A program made the position numbers and the translations under genes. This document shows, piece after piece, positions 15,924-25,980 of a stretch of 64,000 bases of DNA (its first letter is position 1; each line of letters opens with the position of its first letter). The stretch comes from an uncultured Candidatus Saccharibacteria bacterium (GTDB lineage: Bacteria; Patescibacteriota; Minisyncoccia; Portnoybacterales; UBA2143): the NCBI GenBank assembly GCA_964413015.1, contig CAYPQZ010000008.1:111626-175625 (forward strand), written 5' to 3'. The notes under the pieces are model-generated. The model was not told where the DNA came from. It made no database searches and saw nothing but the letters and a program-made list of their open reading frames with translations.

Positions 15924-16364
15924 ATGACTAGAATAGTTAAAACAACCAGTTTAATAATTTTTGCTCCGATAGTTTTATTCGGCTTATATATTATTTCCCA
16001 TGGCCATTTGACTCCCGGTGGCGGATTCCAAGGAGGAGCGGTGGCGGCTTCAGCCATTGCGCTGGTCTGGGCGGTTTTTAGAAGCGAAACCAAATTCTCC
16101 GCCGGATTATTCTCGTTCTTGGAATCTTTAGGGTTGTTTCTCTTTATCTTGCTGGCTTTCGGCGGTCTGGCTAGGCAAACGTTTTTATCCAATTTTTTAG
16201 CCAATACGCCGGGCTTTTTCGGACAGACAATTAATTTCGGAGTTAATCCCGGCTTTTTAGCTAGTGGCGGAGTTATCCCTTTAATGAATCTGGCCATTGG
16301 CCTGGAGGTCTTTGCGGCCTTGTCGCTGGTGATTATATTAATAGCCGGGCAAAAACATGATTAG
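15924..16364 (+). CDS. MnhB-domain membrane subunit (MbhF-like)
   Basis: HGHLTPGGGFQGG signature. Confidence 0.6.
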   Translation: MTRIVKTTSLIIFAPIVLFGLYIISHGHLTPGGGFQGGAVAASAIALVWAVFRSETKFSAGLFSFLESLGLFLFILLAFGGLARQTFLSNFLANTPGFFGQTINFGVNPGFLASGGVIPLMNLAIGLEVFAALSLVIILIAGQKHD

Positions 16365-16665
16365 CTTTGTTTATCTATTCGCTTTCTTGCTCCTGGCGAT
16401 TGGAATTTCAGGAGCAGTTTTCAAGAAAAACCTGATTAAAGTGGCGATGTCCATTAATATTATTAGTAACGGAGTGAATTTATTTTTAATCAGTTTGGGG
16501 TATCGGACAGGAGGAGTGGCTCCAATTTTCACCAATGCGGTCGGTGTAGATATGGTCTTGCCGACTTCTCAAGCTTTGGTTCTAACTAGTATTGTCATTA
16601 ACCTGGCAGTAACCGCTTTTCTGGTTTCTTTGGCCGCTTTGCTTAGTCAGAAAAAGCATTCTTAA
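16357..16665 (+). CDS. MnhC/NuoK-like subunit
   Basis: 102 aa, 3 TM, NuoK-like. Confidence 0.6.
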   Translation: MISFVYLFAFLLLAIGISGAVFKKNLIKVAMSINIISNGVNLFLISLGYRTGGVAPIFTNAVGVDMVLPTSQALVLTSIVINLAVTAFLVSLAALLSQKKHS

Positions 16666-16668
16666 CTT

Positions 16669-18198
16669 ATGTCTCAAACCATCATTTTAACCATTGCTGT
16701 TTTCCTGTTGGGCGCTTTCCTTCTGCCAATTGCCGGCAAATTAGGCAGGAAAACTAAAGGGGGCTGGCTCGGCTTAATTTTAATTGCGGCTAATATTTTT
16801 GCTTTTTTCTTGTATTATGAGGTTTTAACAAAGGGGCCGATGGCTTACCGCGTGGGCGCCGAACTGCCTTTTTCGCCTTCTTCGTCGGGATTCCCTTTCA
16901 GGATTGTTTTAACCGGCGATGCTTTATCAGGTTTGTTGGCTTTTGTTTTTGTTTTAATATCTTCCTTGGCTTTGCTGTTTTCTTGGAAAAATTCAGAATT
17001 TCGGCCTAAGAGCCAAGAACATCAATATTCCTCTTCAACCGGTTTTTACGTCTGGGGGTTGTTGCTTGTCGCGGGCGCGCTTGGTTTTTTATTGGCCGGA
17101 GATTTTTTCACCTTATTTGTTTTTTATGAAATAAATTCTATCGCGGCAGCCGGCTTGATTTCCTTTTTTGGAAGGAGAAAAAATCTGAAATCAGCTTTTC
17201 ATTATTTGGCAGTTTTCTCCGTCGGTTCCTTATTTTTGCTTTTCGGAATTGGCCTTCTTTACAGCCAGTATGGTTTCTTGAATATGGCCGCGGTGGCCAA
17301 AAATCTTAATTTTTCCTTTTTGGACCAGATCGCTTTGGCTTTAATCATGGCCGCTTTGGCTTTAAAGGCAGGTTTTTTCCCCTTCTATTTTTGGAGACCC
17401 GGAACCTATCAATCTTCTCCTGCGCCGGCTCTGGTCTTGTTCATTGTTTCTTCGGCTTCAGCTGTTTACGCTCTCTTTAGAATTATTTTCAACGTTTTCG
17501 GTCCGAGTTTTAACCTGAGTTGGGTTTTAATCTTGTTTTCGGTTCTGTCAATTTTCGTCGGCGCTTTTCTGGCCTTGAAAGAAAACAATCTTAAAAGAGC
17601 CCTGGCTTATTTGGCTGTTTCAGAAGTGGGTTACATTTTTTTAGGAGTTTCTTCGGGATTGTCCAAGCCGGAAGCGGAATTCAGCCGTCAGGCGATTGAA
17701 GGAGGTCTATTCCATCTGGTCAACGACGTTTTAGATATGAGTTTGTTGTTTTTGCTGACCGGTCTTATTATTTATCTTGGTCGGAAAGAAAACGCTTTTG
17801 AGATACGCGGATTGGCTCGTCATCATCCCTGGCTGGCCGGAATTTTCCTTCTTGGCGTTCTGGCTGTGTCCGGTTTGCCGCCGTTAAATGGTTTCGCATC
17901 CAAGATGATGATTTATGAGTCAGTTTTTAAACTGAATCCCGCCTTGTCGGTTTTGGGTATTTTGGGCAGTATTCTGATTTTGGCGGTTTTGGTCAAAATC
18001 TTCGCTTCTGTCTTTCTTGGCTTTTCGCTAAATGCTTACCGAAAGACGCCTAAAACAGCCGCGGCGGTTATTCTGATTTTGGCGGTTAGCATGGTTTTAA
18101 TCGGGCTTTTCCCGAAAAAATTTATCGCTTCCTTTATTAACCCGGCCGCCGAATCCCTGATTTTGCCGTCGGTTTACGTAGGTAAAGTTATCAATTAA
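16669..18198 (+). CDS. MnhD/NuoN/NuoM-family antiporter-like subunit
   Basis: 509 aa, about 14 TM helices, proton-pumping-subunit family features. Confidence 0.7.
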   Translation: MSQTIILTIAVFLLGAFLLPIAGKLGRKTKGGWLGLILIAANIFAFFLYYEVLTKGPMAYRVGAELPFSPSSSGFPFRIVLTGDALSGLLAFVFVLISSLALLFSWKNSEFRPKSQEHQYSSSTGFYVWGLLLVAGALGFLLAGDFFTLFVFYEINSIAAAGLISFFGRRKNLKSAFHYLAVFSVGSLFLLFGIGLLYSQYGFLNMAAVAKNLNFSFLDQIALALIMAALALKAGFFPFYFWRPGTYQSSPAPALVLFIVSSASAVYALFRIIFNVFGPSFNLSWVLILFSVLSIFVGAFLALKENNLKRALAYLAVSEVGYIFLGVSSGLSKPEAEFSRQAIEGGLFHLVNDVLDMSLLFLLTGLIIYLGRKENAFEIRGLARHHPWLAGIFLLGVLAVSGLPPLNGFASKMMIYESVFKLNPALSVLGILGSILILAVLVKIFASVFLGFSLNAYRKTPKTAAAVILILAVSMVLIGLFPKKFIASFINPAAESLILPSVYVGKVIN

Positions 18199-18203
18199 AT
18201 CCT

Positions 18204-18506
18204 ATGGAATTAATTTGGCAGCCTAAAATTGCTTTGATTTCTTTTCTCCTAATATTTTCGGTCGTTTATCTTGTCTATTTGTTGGGCGAAAAAAAATATC
18301 AAAAAAAGACGTCCCAAACGACGACTTACTTTTCCGGCGGCCAGCCGCCAGAAAAAAACGAGCTGAAAAATTGCTATTGGGGATTTTTTGAAGATTTTAA
18401 AAAACTCTACAGATTTTTATTCCGGATTCAAAAAGAAAATGCCAATGACTATATTTTCATCTTTATTTTTGGCTTAGTCATATTCCTTCTAATTTTAAGT
18501 TTTTAG
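18204..18506 (+). CDS. hypothetical small membrane protein in the complex operon
   Basis: Two hydrophobic segments, no recognisable family; sits in the MbhI position. Confidence 0.35.
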   Translation: MELIWQPKIALISFLLIFSVVYLVYLLGEKKYQKKTSQTTTYFSGGQPPEKNELKNCYWGFFEDFKKLYRFLFRIQKENANDYIFIFIFGLVIFLLILSF

Positions 18507-18510
18507 AATT

Positions 18511-19494
18511 ATGACTGGATTAACCTTACAATTAACGATGATGGTGGTCTTAATTTTCGGTAGCGTCTTTTTAGGTCTGCTTTTGAAAGGGATTGACCGA
18601 ATTTTGTCGGCCCGAATGCAAAAAAGGGTCGGACCGCCTCTGCTTCAGCCATTTTATGATTTCAGAAAATTGATGGTTAAAGAAAGCATTGTGCCGAAAT
18701 ACGCCTCTAAGTGGATTTTCAGTTTGGCGCCTCTAGTTTCTTTAACGGTTTCTATTTTGATTTTGTTTTATCTTCCCATAGCCGGCGTTTCCGTTTTAAG
18801 CGGGGCCGGAGACCTGATTTTAATCATCTATCTCTTCATTTTCCCGGGTCTATGTTTGGCTTTGGGAGCTTTTGCTTCTAACTCGCCTTACGCCAATCTT
18901 GGCGGCCAGAGGTCAATTATTAATATGTTGGGGTACGAATTTCCTCTGGCTATTGTCTGTCTGGCCCCGGCTTGGATGCTTTACCAGAATGGTTTTTCAG
19001 CGCCTTTTTCTTTGACCGAAATTTACTCTGCTAATATCTGGAGCTTAGCCGGGCCGCTTGGAACAATCGGGCTTTTACTGGAGACGGTGGTTATCTTCAT
19101 TATCGTTTCTGCCGAAATTGCTAAAAGGCCTTTTGATCTTGGCGCGGCCGATTCAGAAATTGCCGGCGGTGTCTTATCAGAATATTCCGGCCGGAATTTA
19201 GCGATGTTTTATCTGGCTGAAGCGGTTAAAATAGTTGCAGTCGCCGCTTTATTCGTTTCTCTTTTCTTCCCATGGAGCGTTGTTGATTTATTCGGTTCAA
19301 ATCTACCTTTGCACGGTGCCGTTGCCTGGGCAGTTAACATCGGCTTCTATCTTCTGAAAATATTCCTGCTGGTTTTCATCGGTTTGACTTTAATCCGAAC
19401 CGCCGCTTCAAGGTTCAAAATTAGCCGTTTAACTAGAACATACTGGGGCTACATGGCTTTGTTGGCTGCTTTTGGATTTTTATTAATTTTATGA
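18511..19494 (+). CDS. NuoH/HycD/MbhM-like membrane subunit
   Basis: N-terminal R.GP...QP..D..KL..KE motif, 8 TM helices. Confidence 0.75.
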   Translation: MTGLTLQLTMMVVLIFGSVFLGLLLKGIDRILSARMQKRVGPPLLQPFYDFRKLMVKESIVPKYASKWIFSLAPLVSLTVSILILFYLPIAGVSVLSGAGDLILIIYLFIFPGLCLALGAFASNSPYANLGGQRSIINMLGYEFPLAIVCLAPAWMLYQNGFSAPFSLTEIYSANIWSLAGPLGTIGLLLETVVIFIIVSAEIAKRPFDLGAADSEIAGGVLSEYSGRNLAMFYLAEAVKIVAVAALFVSLFFPWSVVDLFGSNLPLHGAVAWAVNIGFYLLKIFLLVFIGLTLIRTAASRFKISRLTRTYWGYMALLAAFGFLLIL

Positions 19495-19922
19495 AGAATA
19501 GTCGAGAGAATAAAAAACTAAGAAAGATAACCCGCTCTATCTGGGTTTTTAACTGGTTTAATTCATGCGGTTTTATGGAAGTTTTGCCGATTGTGGGCAG
19601 TCGCTGGGATATGGAGCGGTTTGGCTTAATCCCGGTTGCTAGCCCGAGACAGGCCGATTGTTTGATTATTGCCGGCTATCAGACAATAAAATCAATCAAG
19701 AGGGCCAAAGTGATTTACGAACAAATGCCTGCTCCTAAACTGGTTATTGCCTTGGGTTCCTGTCCGGTGACTGGCGGAATGTATTGGGACTCCTATAATA
19801 CGATAAAGAAATTAGGGGATTATTTGCCGGTTGACTTATATATTCCCGGCTGTCCGCCGAGACCGGAGGCGATTTTTGACGGAATCTACAAATTAATTCA
19901 AAAAACGAAAGCAAAAAGATGA
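19491..19922 (+). CDS. NuoB/hydrogenase small-subunit-like (MbhJ-like), one cluster Cys missing
   Basis: GSCPVTGG and IPGCPPRP motifs present. The first motif reads SCGF where NuoB has CC, leaving only 3 of 4 Cys. Confidence 0.7.
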   Translation: MKNSRENKKLRKITRSIWVFNWFNSCGFMEVLPIVGSRWDMERFGLIPVASPRQADCLIIAGYQTIKSIKRAKVIYEQMPAPKLVIALGSCPVTGGMYWDSYNTIKKLGDYLPVDLYIPGCPPRPEAIFDGIYKLIQKTKAKR

Positions 19923-20404
19923 AAAATTTAATTTCTCAAATCCAGTCCAATTTTAAGGCCGACATTCTAAAAAAAGAAGAAAGGCAGTTTTGGCTGAAGA
20001 TTAGCCGAAGAGAATTGCCGGCGGTTTGTCTTTTCCTGAAAAAAAACGGATTTGATTTCTTTTCTTCTTTGTCAGCGGTGGACATGCCGGCAGAAAACAC
20101 CATAGAATTGATTTATCACCTTTGGAGCGAAAAAAGAAAAGCCGGTTTAAACCTCAAGACAAAAGTTGATAGAAAAAAACCGGTCATAAAATCAATTTCA
20201 GAAATTTATTTCCCGGCGCAAATCCAAGAAAGAGAAATTTGCGAACTCTTTGGCGTAGATTTTTTGAACAATCCGAACCTATCCGGTCTTTTCCTGGAAG
20301 ATTGGCCGGGACCGCCGCCTTTTTTAAAAGATTTTGACTGGCGGTCCTATGTTAGAGAAAAATTCTACGATCAGAAAAAACAAGATGAAAAAGGATATTT
20401 CTAA
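19919..20404 (+). CDS. NuoC/30-kDa-subunit-like (MbhK-like)
   Basis: LIYHLWSEKRKAGLNLK...ERE(I)CELFG conserved core. Confidence 0.65.
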   Translation: MKNLISQIQSNFKADILKKEERQFWLKISRRELPAVCLFLKKNGFDFFSSLSAVDMPAENTIELIYHLWSEKRKAGLNLKTKVDRKKPVIKSISEIYFPAQIQEREICELFGVDFLNNPNLSGLFLEDWPGPPPFLKDFDWRSYVREKFYDQKKQDEKGYF

Positions 20405-21494
20405 AGATTACCAAGAATTTTTATTCGGCCCTGCCCATCCCGGTTCGGGTAATTTTTCGATTAAGATAAAACTTGACGGCGAGAAAGTCGTCCAAGCCGA
20501 ATCAGATCCGGGATACCTGCATCGCGGTTTTGAGAAACTAATGGAATACCGGGACATTTGGCAGAACGCGGTCCTTTCAGATCGGATTTGCGTTTTTGAA
20601 CCACTGTCCTGGAATTTAATTTTCGCCGAAGCGGTGGAGAAACTTGCTGAAATTGAAGTTCCGGAAAGAGCGAAATATATCCGGGTCATTCTAACTGAAT
20701 TATCCCGGATTCAATCCCATCTAATCTGGTTTGGCTCATTTTCTCTGGCGGTCGGATTTGAAACCGGTTTTAAAATATATTTCGGCTACCGCGACTATAT
20801 CTTAGATATTTTTTCCGAGATTTGCGGCGGCCGGGTTTATCCGACTGGCTGTATCTGTCCCGGCGGAACAAGGCGGGACTTGCTTCAGGAAACCGAGAAA
20901 AAAATCCAGAGCGTCCTGGACAAAACGGAACAGGCAGTTGCTTATCTTGAAAAAGAAGACCCTGTTTTTCAGTCCAGAACCAAAGAGGTTGGAATCTTGA
21001 AAAAAGAAGATGCCATCAGATTAGGGGCAACCGGACAGGTTTTGAGGGCTTCAGGTGTTTCGTATGATGTGAGAAAAAGCAACCCTTACGAAGTATATCC
21101 GGCCGTAGATTTTGAAACGCCGATTTTAAAAGAAGGCGACGCTTATTCAAGATTTCGGTTAGGAGTTCTGGAGATAAAGGAGAGTCTGAAAATTATCAGG
21201 CAGCTGCTGGGAAAAATCCCACAAGGAAATTTTCTGAATGAAAAGATGAAAGTCAGCCAGTCGTTTATTCTGCCCAAGGGGGAAGTTTATTTAAGAACCG
21301 AGACCGCACGCGGAGAAGGGGGCATCTATCTTAAGGGCCAAGATAATGTTAATCCCGAACGGGTAAAAATTAAGAGTCCTTCTTTACCCCATTTAATTCC
21401 AATACTGGAATTCTTGCTAATTGGGGCGGAGGTAGCCGATATCCCGGTGATTTACTGGAGTTTAAACGGGTGTCCGGCCGATATGGACCGATAA
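20385..21494 (+). CDS. NuoD/[NiFe]-hydrogenase-large-subunit-like lacking NiFe-ligating cysteines (Ehr-like)
   Basis: FGPAHPGSG...DPGYLHRGFEKLMEY core. The N-terminal site reads DRICVFEP (CxxC lost) and the C-terminal site NGCPADMDR (only one Cys). Confidence 0.7.
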   Translation: MKKDISKDYQEFLFGPAHPGSGNFSIKIKLDGEKVVQAESDPGYLHRGFEKLMEYRDIWQNAVLSDRICVFEPLSWNLIFAEAVEKLAEIEVPERAKYIRVILTELSRIQSHLIWFGSFSLAVGFETGFKIYFGYRDYILDIFSEICGGRVYPTGCICPGGTRRDLLQETEKKIQSVLDKTEQAVAYLEKEDPVFQSRTKEVGILKKEDAIRLGATGQVLRASGVSYDVRKSNPYEVYPAVDFETPILKEGDAYSRFRLGVLEIKESLKIIRQLLGKIPQGNFLNEKMKVSQSFILPKGEVYLRTETARGEGGIYLKGQDNVNPERVKIKSPSLPHLIPILEFLLIGAEVADIPVIYWSLNGCPADMDR

Positions 21495-21498
21495 AAAT

Positions 21499-21879
21499 AT
21501 GAAGCTTAAAATTATCCCAAAATTAATTATTAACTTATTCAAAAGATTCTTAACCGTTAAATATCCGACAAAGTCGCTTTCGATTCCCGAGGGCTATCGT
21601 GGCATACCTAAGCTTCTCCGGCCGGAAAAATGCTTAGGTTGCGGCCGGTGCGCGAAAGCTTGTCCTAATAAAGCAATTGAAATGGTGGAGGTCAAACAAA
21701 AAGACGGCAGCATAAAAAAAGAACCCCGGATTGACCTTAACAAATGCTGTTTCTGCGGATTGTGCGAAGAAGCCTGCGCGTTTAAAGCGCTTTGCTTGAC
21801 CAAAGAGATCCCTTTAGCCGAAGAAAAAAAACCGGCCGATAATCTTTCAGCCGGTAAAGTTAAGTTGTCAGAGGATTAA
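21499..21879 (+). CDS. NuoI-like 2x[4Fe-4S] ferredoxin subunit
   Basis: CLGCGRCAKACP and CCFCGLCEEACA motifs. Confidence 0.75.
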   Translation: MKLKIIPKLIINLFKRFLTVKYPTKSLSIPEGYRGIPKLLRPEKCLGCGRCAKACPNKAIEMVEVKQKDGSIKKEPRIDLNKCCFCGLCEEACAFKALCLTKEIPLAEEKKPADNLSAGKVKLSED

Positions 21880-21910
21880 ATCTCTAATTCTCCCGCAATC
21901 AAGCGGGCCT

Positions 21911-21987
21911 TGGTGGGCAATGCAGGACTTGAACCTGCGACCTCCTGGATGTCGACCAGACGCTCTAACCAACTGAGCTAATTGCCC
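21911..21987 (-). tRNA. tRNA-Val (GAC), unusual C33
   Basis: Acceptor GGGCAAT, anticodon stem TCTGG/CCAGA, loop UC-GAC-AU, CCA encoded. Confidence 0.7.
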
Positions 21988-22086
21988 AAAATTATTCAAA
22001 ATCTTTAATTTTGTTTATAATTTTAGAGCCTGCCTTTGGCAGGCACTGATTTTTATATCCAAAACAAGTTTTGAACAAAAATCGTG

Positions 22087-22159
22087 TGGGCGTGCCAGGA
22101 TTCGAACCTGGGGCCTAGGCCTTATAAGGACCCCGCTCTAACCGCTGAGCTACACGCCC
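22087..22159 (-). tRNA. tRNA-Ile (TAT) (anticodon UAU, not CAT)
   Basis: Acceptor GGGCGTG/CACGCCC with A73, anticodon loop CU-TAT-AA, T-loop GGTTCGAATCC. Confidence 0.6.
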
Positions 22160-22273
22160 GCCTGTAACGCTTCGCGTAACGATGCAGGTGAACCCGCAAA
22201 GCTATACTGCTTATTGTCTGTATAAAAATATATTAACAAAAAACATTTGTCTAAGCAAGTCTTCTAAATAATT

Positions 22274-22300
22274 AAAAAAGGGGATATGCGCCATATCCCC
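22274..22300 (-). terminator. intrinsic terminator of ftsH
   Basis: GGGGATATGCGCCATATCCCC hairpin followed by a T-run on the minus strand. Confidence 0.7.
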
Positions 22301-22332
22301 ATGTCAATAAATTTATTTCTTTCTTACTTACA

Positions 22333-24156
22333 TTAGACCTTTTTTTTCATCAATCTTTCAAATTCTTTTCTCTCAACGGTTTCTTTTTTAATCAGCTGTT
22401 TGGCGATTAAATCCAGGCGCTTTCTTTTTTCAATTAATATTTTCTTGGCGGTTTTGTAAGCATTGTTGATCAATTTAGATATTTCTTTATCAATTTGGTT
22501 GGCAGTCTCTTCAGAATAATCCTTTTCAGCGGCGATTTCTCTGCCTAGAAAAATCATCTCTTCTTTGCCGCCAAAAGTTCTAGGCCCTAATTTTTCACTC
22601 ATCCCATATTTGGTTACTATCTGGCGGGATAATTCGGTCGCTTTCTGCAGGTCGTTGGAAGCTCCGGTGGTTAATTCTCCAAAAACTAATTTTTCGGCAA
22701 CGTGACCACCCAGAAGAATCGCCAACTCGTCTATGAATTCAGAGCGGCTATGCAAATGCCTGTCTTTTTCGGGGAACTTTATAGTATAGCCAGCTGCCGG
22801 TCCTCGGGCGATAATGGAAACCTTCTGGATTAGGTCAGCGTCAGGCATTGAGGCGGCTACCAAAGCGTGTCCAGCTTCGTGATAAGCGGTAATTTCTTTT
22901 TCTTTTTTGGATAAGATATGGCTTTTTCTTTCAGGCCCCAGCAGGACTTTCTCGATGCATTCGCGCAGTTCGTCTTGGCCGATTTTTTTCTTGTTTCTCC
23001 GGGCAGTTAGGATGGCTGCTTCATTGACTAGATTGGCCAAGTCGGCCCCAGAAAATCCGGGCGTCCTCTCAGCGATTTCTTTAAGATTAACATTCTCGTC
23101 CAAAGGCTTATTCAGTGCATGAATTTTAAGGACTCCTTTACGGTCCTCAATATCCGGTAGATTAAGAATAATTCGCCGGTCGAATCTGCCCGGTCTTAAT
23201 AGGGCTGGGTCAAGAACGTCCGGTCGGTTAGTGGCCGCCAGCAGGATTATTCCAGTATTTGGGTCAAAGCCGTCCATTTCAACCAGAATCTGGTTTAAGG
23301 TTTGTTCCCTTTCGTCATTGCCGCCGCCCAAGCCGGCTCCTCTTTGACGACCGATGGCATCCAGTTCATCTATGAAAATTAAACAGGGCGAGTGTTTTTT
23401 AGCTGTCTGGAATAAATCTCGAACCCGACTTGATCCAACTCCGACGAACATTTCAACAAATTCTGAACCGGAAACGCTGAAAAAAGGAACATTGGCTTCG
23501 GTGGCGATAGCCCGACCAAGTAAAGTTTTGCCGGTTCCCGGCGAACCGACTAACAAAACTCCTTTAGGGATTTTAGCTCCCAGGTCAACGAACTTTTTAG
23601 GATTTTTTAGAAAGTCAACTACTTCATGAAGCTCTTCCTTAGCTTCTTTGAGGCCGGCCACATCTTTAAAAGTCGCCCGGTCTTTTTTATCTTTAGGATT
23701 AATTAAACGGGCTCTTGAATGCCCAAAAGTCAAGGCCTGCATTTGGCCTCTTTTAGCTCCTCTGAACATAAACCAGAAGAAGAAGCCGATAATTAACAGA
23801 GGCAAGAGAAAGGGGAGGACAGTTCCGAGCCAAAAGGCGGCTTCGCTTTCTCCCTTTATTTCCAAATTGACAAGTTTAAGTTTTTCCGGGTCAACCCCAT
23901 AGTTTTTCAAAGATTCTGTTAATGAGGCCTCTTTTTCTTTGATGGCTATTTCTTGGTCTCCGCTTTTTAATTCAATCCCCAATTTCTCTCCTCTGATAGT
24001 AATGATTGAGACTTGCTCTTGATTTATCTGTTTAACTAACTGACTTAAAGAGATTTCTTGAGGTTTTTGTTCAGAGGCGCTGAATAAGGCAAAAAGTCCG
24101 GCAATCGTTAAGAAAGACAGGAAGACAATAAGTAGATTTTTTAGTAGAAATTTCAT
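22333..24156 (-). CDS. ftsH: ATP-dependent zinc metalloprotease FtsH
   Basis: AAA+ motifs GSPGTGKT and DEID, second region of homology, HEAGHA zinc site, N-terminal TM helices. Confidence 0.9.
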   Translation of the reverse strand: MKFLLKNLLIVFLSFLTIAGLFALFSASEQKPQEISLSQLVKQINQEQVSIITIRGEKLGIELKSGDQEIAIKEKEASLTESLKNYGVDPEKLKLVNLEIKGESEAAFWLGTVLPFLLPLLIIGFFFWFMFRGAKRGQMQALTFGHSRARLINPKDKKDRATFKDVAGLKEAKEELHEVVDFLKNPKKFVDLGAKIPKGVLLVGSPGTGKTLLGRAIATEANVPFFSVSGSEFVEMFVGVGSSRVRDLFQTAKKHSPCLIFIDELDAIGRQRGAGLGGGNDEREQTLNQILVEMDGFDPNTGIILLAATNRPDVLDPALLRPGRFDRRIILNLPDIEDRKGVLKIHALNKPLDENVNLKEIAERTPGFSGADLANLVNEAAILTARRNKKKIGQDELRECIEKVLLGPERKSHILSKKEKEITAYHEAGHALVAASMPDADLIQKVSIIARGPAAGYTIKFPEKDRHLHSRSEFIDELAILLGGHVAEKLVFGELTTGASNDLQKATELSRQIVTKYGMSEKLGPRTFGGKEEMIFLGREIAAEKDYSEETANQIDKEISKLINNAYKTAKKILIEKRKRLDLIAKQLIKKETVERKEFERLMKKKV

Positions 24157-25253
24157 GTTGACAAAGAAAGAATAGCCCTTAAAGACATTTTATGCGCTTC
24201 TGGCGCTAGGGATAAAATCTCAAAGTCATAAGATTTGCCTATCTTAAGAACTTCTTCCATAATTTGGTTTTGCTTGGAAAATTCTGAGATGTGAGCTAAT
24301 CCATAAACGTTTTTATCAGTTTCAACAAAAGCGCCCAAACTGCCGAATTTAATTACCTTGCCTTTAATTTTCTGACCAATCTGGTATTTTTTCTCGATGC
24401 CTTCCCAAGGGTCTTTTTCTAAGGCCTTAAGAGAAAGCGAAACTTGTCCATTCTTGATATCAATAATTTTTGCTTTAATTTTTTCTTTTTCTTTAAGGAT
24501 TTTACTAGGGTGTCCAACCATCTGCCAAGAAAGCTCGGAAATGTGGATTAATCCTTCAATAGTGTCGTCAATCTTAATAAATGCCCCGAAATCGGTTAAA
24601 GAAACTACCGTTCCTTCAACCACGTCTCCGATTTGATACTTATTTAAATTTTCTTGAATCTCTTTTTCATGAGAGGCTTTTTCCGAGACTACCAGTTTTT
24701 CGTTTTTCTTATCAAGACTGATAATTTTAACTAACATCTTCTTACCGACAAATTTATTTAGCTCTTGAAGGATTTTGTTTTTATCTCCGTTCTCTATACG
24801 GGGATAATTTTGAGGAGAAAGCTGGGAAACTGGCAAGAAGCCGATTATCCCGTAGAGTTCAATAACCAATCCTCCCCGGTTGGCTTCAATAACCTTTACC
24901 TCAATCGTGCCGTTAGCCTTTTTTTGTTCTTCCAAATCAGCCCAGACCTTTTCAATGTTAGCATCTTTGAAAGAAAGCTCAACGTAACCGTCTTCATTTT
25001 CCGGGTCTAGAACCAAAGCGGAAATTTTTTGGCCGACTTTTAGATCTTTAAAAAGCGTTGAATTTTCTCTCAATTCGCCTCCGTAGATAATACCGGTTCC
25101 CAGCGAACCTAATTCTAAAATGAGCTCGTTTTTACTTATTTTAATAATCCGGCCTTCTATTAGATCTCCGGTCTGAGGCAGCCGCAGAGAGTTCTCTTCG
25201 CCGGTTAGCAAATTTTTCATAATTTTGTTTTCTTCTTTATTGTTTTTAGCCAT
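24153..25253 (-). CDS. S1 RNA-binding domain protein (ribosomal protein S1-like, 4 S1 repeats)
   Basis: Repeated S1-fold G.V.G.V..I...G.FV...... units. Confidence 0.65.
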   Translation of the reverse strand: MAKNNKEENKIMKNLLTGEENSLRLPQTGDLIEGRIIKISKNELILELGSLGTGIIYGGELRENSTLFKDLKVGQKISALVLDPENEDGYVELSFKDANIEKVWADLEEQKKANGTIEVKVIEANRGGLVIELYGIIGFLPVSQLSPQNYPRIENGDKNKILQELNKFVGKKMLVKIISLDKKNEKLVVSEKASHEKEIQENLNKYQIGDVVEGTVVSLTDFGAFIKIDDTIEGLIHISELSWQMVGHPSKILKEKEKIKAKIIDIKNGQVSLSLKALEKDPWEGIEKKYQIGQKIKGKVIKFGSLGAFVETDKNVYGLAHISEFSKQNQIMEEVLKIGKSYDFEILSLAPEAHKMSLRAILSLST

Positions 25254-25318
25254 GTACAGATTATATCCTAAGATTATTGGCTTGGCAAGAGAGGGCTGAT
25301 GTGATAAAATAAATTCAT

Positions 25319-25963
25319 ATGACGATATCTTGGTACGGCCACTCTTGTTTTAAGATAACCAATCAGGGCGGCCGCTTGACTATTATTACAGACCCTTTTG
25401 ATAAAAGCATTGGGTTGAACCCTCCTCGGGGGGCAGCTAATATTGTGGTTGTTTCTCATGAACATAGCGACCATAACAATGTAAAAGCCGTTAGCGGACA
25501 GCCCTTTATTGTTAATAATCCGGGAGAATATGATATTAAGGGGGTTAGGATTATCGGTTGCTCAAGTTTCCATGATAACAAACAGGGCGAAGAGAGGGGT
25601 CCAAATACAATCTATTTAATAAAGGTAGACAAAATTCGAATTTGCCATTTAGGGGATCTTGGCCAGGAGAAACTGACTGATAAACAATTAGAAACAATCG
25701 GCAACGTTGATATTTTAATGATTCCGGTTGGCGGCACCTATACGATTAATGCCCGGGAAGCTGCTAAAATAGCTAAACAGATTGAGCCGCGTCTAATTAT
25801 CCCGATGCATTACAAGATCCCGGAATTGAAAATTGAGCTGGCTGATTTAAGCGAATTTTTAAAAGAAATGGGCGTAGACAAAAAGATGCCCGTTGATAAA
25901 TTAACTCTTAAGAAAAAGGATTTAATCGGTAGAGAGATGGAAGTGGTGACAATGAAGCTTTAA
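25319..25963 (+). CDS. MBL-fold metallo-hydrolase
   Basis: HEHSDH motif, beta-lactamase-like fold. Confidence 0.7.
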   Translation: MTISWYGHSCFKITNQGGRLTIITDPFDKSIGLNPPRGAANIVVVSHEHSDHNNVKAVSGQPFIVNNPGEYDIKGVRIIGCSSFHDNKQGEERGPNTIYLIKVDKIRICHLGDLGQEKLTDKQLETIGNVDILMIPVGGTYTINAREAAKIAKQIEPRLIIPMHYKIPELKIELADLSEFLKEMGVDKKMPVDKLTLKKKDLIGREMEVVTMKL

Positions 25964-25980
25964 TCAATTGCGTAAACAAA

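Noticed and set aside
20408-20689. 93-aa minus ORF and other antisense ORFs inside the nuoD-like, ftsH, gyrA and infB genes
   Set aside because: They are antisense to strongly supported genes and have no RBS or homology.
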